From assembly GCF_035285525.1 (NCBI RefSeq), contig NZ_JAYKGW010000252.1, positions 477 through 32,476 of the forward strand: 32,000 nt of DNA, in the 5' to 3' direction. Positions 25,034-32,000 of the stretch are shown piece after piece. A program made the position numbers and the translations under genes. Source of the DNA: Okeania sp. (GTDB lineage: Bacteria; Cyanobacteriota; Cyanobacteriia; Cyanobacteriales; Microcoleaceae). Positions within the stretch are counted from its first letter, which is position 1. Every line of letters begins with the position of its first letter. The notes under the pieces are model-generated. The model saw nothing but the letters and a program-made list of their open reading frames with translations, did not search any database and was not told the DNA's origin.

Positions 25034-26170
25034 ATGGAATTACTGGAAACATTTGGAAAAAGTTTAGAAGGAATCAATATTGCTGGCCTACCAGCATATA
25101 AGCTATTAATTGCATTTGGTATCTTGCTGTTAACACTAATACTGCAAGGATTTATTACTGGAGTAATCATTAAGTCGATTGAGAATCTTGCGGCTGGTAC
25201 TGAATCTGACTTAGACGATCAATTAATTGCTGTCATCAAAAAACCTCTATCTTGGTTAGTTTTGGTAGGTGGACTATGGGTAATACAAACTTTTTTAGCT
25301 GTAGATTTAAAAAAGCTTGAGTTAGACAAAACTACATCCGATCTTCTTACTTTAGTCACTATTGCTCTAATTGCTTATACGGTTTACACCGCAGCCCCCA
25401 TTTTAGGTAAGGTGCTAGAAGCCTTAACTCTGCACACTGATACAGACTTAGATGACTTGCTAGTTCCCTATTTACCAAGACTATTTCGTATTGCAGCAGT
25501 TGTTGTGGTAGCTATTAAAGCTGCAGATGTATTGTTTGGACAATCTGCGGGCGCTCTTATTGGTTTGCTTGGTGGTGCTGGTGTTGCTCTAGGTTTATTA
25601 TTCAAAGATATTATCTATGATTGGTGTTGCGCTGTCATTATCTATACTGATAGATTGTATAAACCTAAAGACTGGATAATGGTTTCAGGATTAAGCGGTT
25701 TTTTGCAGGTAGTAGAAATAGGTTTAAGAACAACAAAATTATATTCATGGGAGTGGGGTTCTATTATTAAAATGCCTAATTCTAAAATGGTAAGTGGTAT
25801 TGTAGATAACTGGTCTCAGGATAAAGGCGATGTTCAAGAATGGGGATTTACAGAAACTTTAAAAATTGACGGTATTACAGCAGATCAAGTAGAGAGAATT
25901 ATGGCAGGAATTGACGGAATATTTAAAAGTATAGATGGTTTTTATCCCAATTATTCTCTAATGTTCGGCGGTCTAGAAGGTAATGCTCGTCTGATCAAAT
26001 ATGTTTCATATATAACTCCTGCTCGTTACTTTTCTGCGGCTCGTGAATTTCGCTTGAGTTTAATGAGATTATTAGAAAAAGAGGGTATTGCTGCCAATAG
26101 CGTCTATATCATTGCTGACCAAGAATCTTATACAAATAGCTTGAAAATGGCAAAAAAAGATAGTAACTAA
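25034..26170 (+). CDS. MscS-family mechanosensitive ion channel
   Basis: Several N-terminal TM helices. A Gly/Ala-rich pore-helix-like segment (SAGALIGLLGGAGVALGLLFKDIIYDW) is followed by the MscS beta-domain pattern (YKPKDWIMVSGLSGFLQVVEIGLRTTKLYSWEWGSIIKMPNSKMVSGIVDNWS). I prefer ATG 25034 over TTG 25022. Confidence 0.85.
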   Translation: MELLETFGKSLEGINIAGLPAYKLLIAFGILLLTLILQGFITGVIIKSIENLAAGTESDLDDQLIAVIKKPLSWLVLVGGLWVIQTFLAVDLKKLELDKTTSDLLTLVTIALIAYTVYTAAPILGKVLEALTLHTDTDLDDLLVPYLPRLFRIAAVVVVAIKAADVLFGQSAGALIGLLGGAGVALGLLFKDIIYDWCCAVIIYTDRLYKPKDWIMVSGLSGFLQVVEIGLRTTKLYSWEWGSIIKMPNSKMVSGIVDNWSQDKGDVQEWGFTETLKIDGITADQVERIMAGIDGIFKSIDGFYPNYSLMFGGLEGNARLIKYVSYITPARYFSAAREFRLSLMRLLEKEGIAANSVYIIADQESYTNSLKMAKKDSN

Positions 26171-26242
26171 TTACAACAATATGTTCTGAGATTCTAAGAT
26201 TTCTTTGATATATCCCTAAATTTTTCAAACATCTTTGACAGC

Positions 26243-26277
26243 AACACAGGTAATTAGCTACCTGTGTTATTTTTTTA
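26243..26277 (+). terminator. Rho-independent terminator of the MscS-family gene
   Basis: A 10-bp perfect stem, AACACAGGTA (26243-26252) / TACCTGTGTT (26259-26268), with a 6-nt loop. It is followed by ATTTTTTT, about 70 nt after the stop codon. Confidence 0.7.
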
Positions 26278-26453
26278 ATTTAGTGTAAAAGCTTTTCTGA
26301 AAAATTCTGTACTGATAAACAACAAAAAAGTTTACCTCAAGCTCCTATTGTTTAAATCAGGACTTACGCAAAGACACTGTATATAGCGTATGCGTGCGTA
26401 GAGTGATTGCTGACGCAAAGCTCCGCTAACGCCTGAAAAATTATGGTCATCCC

Positions 26454-27640
26454 CCAGTTTTACTGATTTTAAACAGTCTATAAAAACTTAAACAACTGTC
26501 ATTTTAATTGTCGGATATTTTAGTGCAGAAACTAGATATTTAGATGACAATTGATGTTTGAGTTGATAAATAGTAATTCCAACGAAAATTTGCTATTTTT
26601 TTCAAATTATTCCACACTAACATAGCACAGTCAATATGATTTTTTTGAATTTTTGCCCGACGACATTGGCACAATTAAAGCCCTGTTAGTTGTTTTATTT
26701 CTCTGTGGAATTCCTCAATTTTCCATCTCGGCGCGAATCTCAAACTCAACGTCGTCTGTACTTTGATAACTGAGGTCATTAGTAGCAATATATTCTGCTG
26801 ACGTTTGTAGAAACAGTAGCCCAGAATAATTTGACTTTTTTATCTCTAGGAAAACCTTTAATTTTGATAACCTTTCCTGATGTTAATTCCAACTCATTCA
26901 ATTTTAATTCTTCCAGTTTTTGATATTTGTTGATACCCCCACTATCATCTACCAAACGATTACTTCTTAACGGGCAATAGTAAATTTTATCTAAATTATC
27001 TATTAAAGCCATTAGCCTTTGAGTTGCATACCAAATATCCATTAATACTGTTTTTACTGGTATTTTCTTCTTTTTTACTACATCAAACATCATTTCTTCT
27101 ACATTATTCTATTTTACTCTTTTCATCACTTTCTGGATTATCGTATCTATAATCTATGATCCGATTGGCGCTCTATATGAGAATTAAAATATAAGCAATT
27201 AACTATCCCTATTCCACTCACTATCCCATGTTCATTACCACTGTACTGACACCGGAAAAGTTCAATTTTATGAGAATATTTTTTATTGATAACTGTATCA
27301 TCAATGCAGCAAATAACCATCTTCAGAAGTAACAATTTCCTCCCTAACATTTTGCCACAAAATTTCTGTCCCTAAATCAACATTTGTTAAATAACGATTA
27401 ATTCGATCATAGCTAATTTTTTTCAGATGATCGGCAAGATTCGTGAGAGTATAATTTTTCTGACTACTTATTAAATATTGACAATATTTTATATAATTAA
27501 AGTTCATATTCAAGGCATTAAGAAGTAATTATTCTGATACTAATCTAGTCTAACAAGTAATTTGGCATCAAGCAAATTTTTAAGGTTTTTATATTTTGTT
27601 GTTCAAGCGATCGCTAAATAAATAAAACTTTAACAGTAAA
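26454..27640 (-). mobile_element. Degraded IS4-superfamily insertion sequence, lying between inverted halves of a family A repeat (26358-~26445 and 27641-27671)
   Basis: Carries transposase remnants (next feature). The possible short terminal inverted repeats are CAGTTTTACTG (26454-26464) and CAGTAAAC (27634-27641). The outer flanks CAGGACTTACGCAAAGACACTGTATATAGCG and CACTATATATAATGTCTTTGCGTAAGTCCTG are mutually inverted. Boundaries are approximate. Confidence 0.55.
26460..27513 (-). pseudogene. DDE transposase (IS4 superfamily, IS4/IS701-like) broken by multiple frameshifts and stops
   Basis: The fragments occupy three frames. They read MNFNYIKYCQYL...LADHLKKISYDRINRYL; DDTVINKKYSHKIELFRCQYSGNEHGIVSGIGIVNCLY; VLMDIWYATQRLMALIDNLDKIYYCPLRSNRLVDD...KVKLFWATVSTN; then EYIATNDLS... 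and KIEEFHREIKQLTGL*. The last is the E-(6)-K end of the YREK signature (the preceding R lies across a frameshift), followed by further stops. Confidence 0.75.
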
Positions 27641-29146
27641 CACTATATATAATGTCTTTGCGTAAGTCCTGTAAATAAAAGGATCGGATACTGCCTAATT
27701 ATCTTCAACTCAAACTTGCCAGTTATTTCAATTCGATAAAAATTGAAGTTAGAAGCAAAACAGAAAATTAAATAATTAGGACTTACTGATTAAACTTAAA
27801 GTATTGACATATAACTGAACTTCCCCCCTGAGAAAAAGGTCGTATGAGGCCGCCTAGAGGTAGTTAGAGGCAATTTTTTAACTACCCGTTATTGGGTAAA
27901 ATAGCTCGCTTGGCTTTACCAGTTGAGTATTCTGAGCAATTGTATTTATTTATATTTTATCATATGACGATACGTATTCATAAGTCAAAATATATTTTTT
28001 GTGTTGATGTATAAACATAGTAGGCAGAGTGGCTGAAAGCTTTGCTATAGAAGCTTTCAAGAGAAAGCATAGTACATTTGTACAGGGGAAGTTGACATAT
28101 ATAGCAATGTACGCACTTAATATTTACAAATTGCCGGAGGTGTCCAATAGCTAAAAACCTTATATTATAGGCTATTCATTCTTTCTCCATACCTGTTCCC
28201 TGTTGCCTGTTTCCTAAAAGCAACGCTATAAAGGTTTTTGTTCTAAAAAGCTCCAAAAGTTAGGATTTTGGGTTGACGCGATACAGAAAAATCAAGGGAT
28301 AATCCTTCCTCCTAACTTGTCTAAATTCCCCATTCCTCCTGACTTCTGACTCCTACCCCCCATATCAGAAAACTTTCCATAAGTCAACCCTAAATAGCTA
28401 CTAATTTGTCAATCCTTGCATTCAAAATCCCCTAAATTTCCCCTCTTTTACCAAAACTTCAAACATTCTTCCTGATTATAGTAATTTCTTTGTGCTTTAA
28501 CTATTATCACTTTTCCCTAATTCACATTATTGTTGAAAGTTAGAATTAGAATTTTTATTCTCTGTAACACTATGCGCCTATTTTCCTATTGTTTTGAGCG
28601 ATAATGCTTATAATTCTATGGTAGAGAATACTATGAAATATCTATTAAAAAAAAAGATTATAAATGAATTTTTGCGTTTTTAAGAGGGGGATAAAAGGCG
28701 GATAAAAATATTTTAGTTATAATCATAGTTATGGAGCACTACTATAATTACATTAAAAACATTCAGCAGTCAGTAATTAGCAATCAGGTATTACTTTTGT
28801 ACGGAATAAAAACTTTATTTAAACTCTTTATGTAAGTAATATTATCAGGTCGAAAATTTGGCTTTATATTTATTAAGGATAAAGTATAGTTGCTGAGTTC
28901 TAAGAGCTAATACCTGAATGCTTACATTACATTTATTCCTCTTTTTCAGGCATAATGCTCAGAAAAAATATATCTGTGTATTTTATAAGTTATACACCAA
29001 TTGACTATATAAAAATCCTTATAATATTATATTTTGCTTAGTAAGAATTTATTTATATATGAGCAAAATATAATAAATACACAATCAGAAAACTTATTTA
29101 TAAATTAACTTTTACCTATTATCAATTTTAAAGGAGTATATTCTAA

Positions 29147-32000
29147 ATGTCTCAAGTTAACTTTTACCAATCCTTATCTACTCAAAATTCTATTCAGTTT
29201 GCGAATGTTTATAGTCAACTAGAATGCCCACAACAAATAGTATTTATAGACTCGAATGTAGATGATTACCAGAGTCTAGCTAATGGAGTTTTACCCAAAA
29301 CAAAAGTAGTTATTCTTGATAGATTTTTAGATGGTGTTCAGCAGATTACTAGAATTATTAAAAAATATCGTGACATATCATCTATACATATAGTTTCTCA
29401 TGGTGCGCCAGGATGTTTGTATTTAGGTAATAGTCAATTAAATATTAAGAATATAAATGATTATTGGCAGGAGTTAGAAACTTGGCCAGTAACTAATTTA
29501 TTACTTTATGGTTGTAGTGTTGCTGCGGGAGATGCAGGTACAGAATTTTTAGCACAACTCCAGAAAATTACAGGTGCGAATATTGCTGCTTCGGCAAAAC
29601 CAACTGGTAATCTTGCTTTGGGTGGTAACTGGGAGTTGGAAGTTATTAGAGGCGAGTTAGAGGTTAGTTTAGTTTTTAGCGATCAAATTCAAAGTCAGTG
29701 GGAGCATATTCTGGCAGATGAGTTTGAGGAAAAACCAGAATTGTTTCAGGTAATTTCTGGACAACTATTTCGACTGAACCTATTAACAGCAAGTTATGAA
29801 CCGGTAATTGAATCTAACATACCTTCTGATTATAATGCCGGAGGTTTTGCGACTAATAATGATAATGTATTTATCTATGCAGTTGGAACAGGTACAAGCA
29901 ACCGACATCATCTACTTCGAGTGTTTTCAGATGGAACTGTTGAGAATGTAACTGATGCCAGTAATAATCCCATAACAATTACTAGAGATTCTGTAGCTGA
30001 TGCAAATAAAAATAAACTTTTATTCTCTGGAGATGTTGATGCAGACCAGAACTTATGGATTGTCGATCAGCAAACATCATCACCAACACTCATTAAAGTT
30101 GATCTAAACAACCCTAGTAGTGGAACCAGGATCAATTTATCTGGAACTTTACCTCCTAATAAAGATCCCAATGATAAGCGAATGCCATCTGATGTTGTTT
30201 ATATTGAAGCTGATGAGGATGGCGATGGCATTAAAGAGAAGAAGTATTTATATGGACTTAGCGATCAAGGAAGGTTAGTCAGAGTTGACATCACGAATGC
30301 TAATGAGAGTAACCCAGCTCCAGTTACCACTTCAGAAAATGTTATTTCTGGGTTGAATACTTCTGGTAGCATTTATGGAGCAGCTTGGACAGATATAGAT
30401 GGTAATTTATTTGTTAGTGTTAATTCATTAAATGATAGTAGTAACCAGGGGACACTATATCACATTAAGAATTATGATACTGCGCCAGAGGCAGAAGAGC
30501 TCTTCAATACTATTGAGACAAATAGTAACGATGGAATGTCGAACCCTACCCAAAAATCTCCATTTGTTATTCCACTCATAGATTTAGATGGAACAGATAC
30601 ATCAGAAGAACTAAACTACGCTACTACGTTTACAGAAGATCTTAGTGCTGTTGGTATTGTAGACACTGACATAATTATTAGAGATTATATCAATACAGAT
30701 GATAATGGAACCCCTGGGGATACAAGTGATGATGAAACCAGCACCACTCATGGGGATCGATTAGTGCAAGCAACAATCACTCTGACTGATTCTCCTGATG
30801 GTGACGATGAAAAATTTTTAGTTGATGGTACAGAATTAACAAATTCTGTAGTAGTATCAGGCACAACCACAAGTATAACTGCTACACTAGGGACAAATTC
30901 AAATGGCCAAAAATTCATTACATTAGCACCAACTACCGACAATACCGCCAGTGTAGATGATTTTGAAATAGCACTTAAAGCCATTCAATACAAAAATGAC
31001 AGCCAAAATCCAGATATTACAGACAGAACTTTAGAGATAGTTCTTGAGGATGAAAACGGAAACAAATCCAGCGACATTTTCGGAGAGAATAGCACCACAG
31101 TTCATACTACTACAATTGAGGTTATTCGAGTTAATGATGCTCCTATTTTCAGCAACTTAGATGCAAATCCTACTTTTAACAAGGGTGGTAATGCAGTAGT
31201 TCTTGATGCTGATGCTACTATTGCCGATCATGAACTAGACAACAGAAATAACAATTATTATGGTGCAATTTTAACCCTCGCAAGAAATGGAGGTGCTAAC
31301 TCTGATGATAACTTTAGTGCAAGCGGGACATTAAGTGCTTTAACAGAAGGAGGAGATTTAGAAGTAGATGGTACAATTATTGGAACGGTAACAACAAACA
31401 GCGGTGGCACTTTATTACTAATATTTAACAATAATGCTACTACTGCCTTGGTTAATAGTGCATTACAACAAATTGCTTATAGTAACAGTAGCGATACTCC
31501 TCCAACTTCTGTTCAAATTGACTATACTTTTAATGACTGCAATACAGGAGACACAGATCAAGGAACGGGAGGATATTTAACTGCCAATGGTTCGGTGACT
31601 GTTACTATTGCTCCAAACCAAAATCCCACAGCCGTAGATGACAGTACCAGTACCAACACCGGAACTCCAGTCACTTTCAACATTACAGGAAATGACTCCG
31701 ACCCAGATGATGGAACTGTGAACGTAGCCACAGTAGACTTAGACCCATCTACGGACGGACGACAAACAACTCGGACAGTAGAAGGAGAAGGAACTTACTC
31801 CGTAGATGATAGTGGAAATGTCACCTTTACTCCAGAAGCTGACTTTGTGGGCACAACAACGGGTATAAGTTACACAGTAGCAGACCAGAATGGAGGAGTA
31901 TCAAACGAAGCCACCATCACTGTTACAGTTAACAACCAAAATCCCACAGCCGTAGATGACAGTACCAGTACCAACACCGGAACTCCAGTCACTTTCAACA
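29147..32000 (+). CDS. Giant repetitive surface/secreted protein, N-terminal DUF4347 domain followed by a propeller-like region and Ig/cadherin-like (Big_9/VCBS-type) repeats; 3' end lies outside the window
   Basis: I translated it codon by codon: ATG 29147 (AAGGAG at 29131-29136), then 951 sense codons with no stop up to nt 32000. The ORF is absent from the supplied track because it has no stop in the window. The DUF4347 pattern is present: [19 protein letters not shown]...VVILD...DGVQQIT...[22 protein letters not shown]...[46 protein letters not shown]. Later come RVNDAPIF and repeated [33 protein letters not shown]...[35 protein letters not shown] modules. Confidence 0.9.
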   Translation, partial: MSQVNFYQSLSTQNSIQFANVYSQLECPQQIVFIDSNVDDYQSLANGVLPKTKVVILDRFLDGVQQITRIIKKYRDISSIHIVSHGAPGCLYLGNSQLNIKNINDYWQELETWPVTNLLLYGCSVAAGDAGTEFLAQLQKITGANIAASAKPTGNLALGGNWELEVIRGELEVSLVFSDQIQSQWEHILADEFEEKPELFQVISGQLFRLNLLTASYEPVIESNIPSDYNAGGFATNNDNVFIYAVGTGTSNRHHLLRVFSDGTVENVTDASNNPITITRDSVADANKNKLLFSGDVDADQNLWIVDQQTSSPTLIKVDLNNPSSGTRINLSGTLPPNKDPNDKRMPSDVVYIEADEDGDGIKEKKYLYGLSDQGRLVRVDITNANESNPAPVTTSENVISGLNTSGSIYGAAWTDIDGNLFVSVNSLNDSSNQGTLYHIKNYDTAPEAEELFNTIETNSNDGMSNPTQKSPFVIPLIDLDGTDTSEELNYATTFTEDLSAVGIVDTDIIIRDYINTDDNGTPGDTSDDETSTTHGDRLVQATITLTDSPDGDDEKFLVDGTELTNSVVVSGTTTSITATLGTNSNGQKFITLAPTTDNTASVDDFEIALKAIQYKNDSQNPDITDRTLEIVLEDENGNKSSDIFGENSTTVHTTTIEVIRVNDAPIFSNLDANPTFNKGGNAVVLDADATIADHELDNRNNNYYGAILTLARNGGANSDDNFSASGTLSALTEGGDLEVDGTIIGTVTTNSGGTLLLIFNNNATTALVNSALQQIAYSNSSDTPPTSVQIDYTFNDCNTGDTDQGTGGYLTANGSVTVTIAPNQNPTAVDDSTSTNTGTPVTFNITGNDSDPDDGTVNVATVDLDPSTDGRQTTRTVEGEGTYSVDDSGNVTFTPEADFVGTTTGISYTVADQNGGVSNEATITVTVNNQNPTAVDDSTSTNTGTPVTFN
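31618..32000 (+). repeat. Intragenic tandem repeat, period 318 bp (106 aa), nucleotide-identical where both copies are visible
   Basis: CCAAAATCCCACAGCCGTAGATGACAGTACCAGTACCAACACCGGAACTCCAGTCACTTTCAACA at 31618-31682 recurs identically at 31936-32000, where the window ends. Confidence 0.85.

Noticed and set aside
26779-27513. Three ORFs (27301..27513, 27147..27350, 26779..27093) as functional transposase genes.
   Set aside because: They are consecutive pieces of one DDE transposase in three different frames. Further stops lie in the C-terminal YREK region (26460-26780). I call it a pseudogene.
702-30984. Short ORFs embedded in, or antisense to, long confidently called genes (702..911, 8440..8661, 9752..9934, 11622..11840, 13942..14130, 15299..15517, 15565..15789, 16936..17118, 17504..17704, 17701..17910, 19843..20046, 20702..20896, 30748..30984).
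   Set aside because: Each lies wholly within a much longer ORF that has clear family motifs. They are typical shadow frames with no independent support.

Overview
This looks like a chromosomal segment from a filamentous, Nostocales-like cyanobacterium. It is A+T-rich, carries many GCGATCGC (HIP1) octamers and heptanucleotide tandem arrays (STRR-like), and almost every intergenic spacer is filled with small hairpin or MITE-like dispersed repeats. Genes from left to right: the 3' end of a methyltransferase-like gene; an orphan 674-aa P-loop NTPase; urtC-urtD-urtE (urea ABC transporter permease plus two ATPases, with no urtA/urtB in the window); a decayed Uma2-family endonuclease gene; a DUF1574/SGNH-like exported protein; a TspO/MBR protein; a 5'-truncated CBM9-like gene fragment; a 160-aa hypothetical; tRNA-His(GUG); a Zn-ribbon / Ser-Thr kinase / GUN4-domain protein; an HtrA/Deg protease; hemL; hisIE; a GH13 alpha-amylase-family enzyme; a 743-aa Cache-domain fusion to a pentameric ligand-gated ion channel (pLGIC); a divergently transcribed MscS-family channel; and a degraded IS4-superfamily transposase. 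The first 951 codons of a giant DUF4347-type repetitive surface or secreted protein are also present; it is missing from the supplied ORF track because it runs off the window end. The most interesting items are: the Cache-pLGIC fusion head-to-head with the MscS channel; the orphan P-loop NTPase with an uncharacterised C-terminal half; three porphyrin-linked genes (TspO, GUN4-kinase, HemL) within about 8.5 kb; purine-rich heptamer arrays abutting stop codons; and the giant gene with nucleotide-perfect 318-bp repeats behind a 1.5-kb ORF-free leader. All functional calls come from recognising motifs and families by eye. No database searches or computations were run, and repeat boundaries are approximate.
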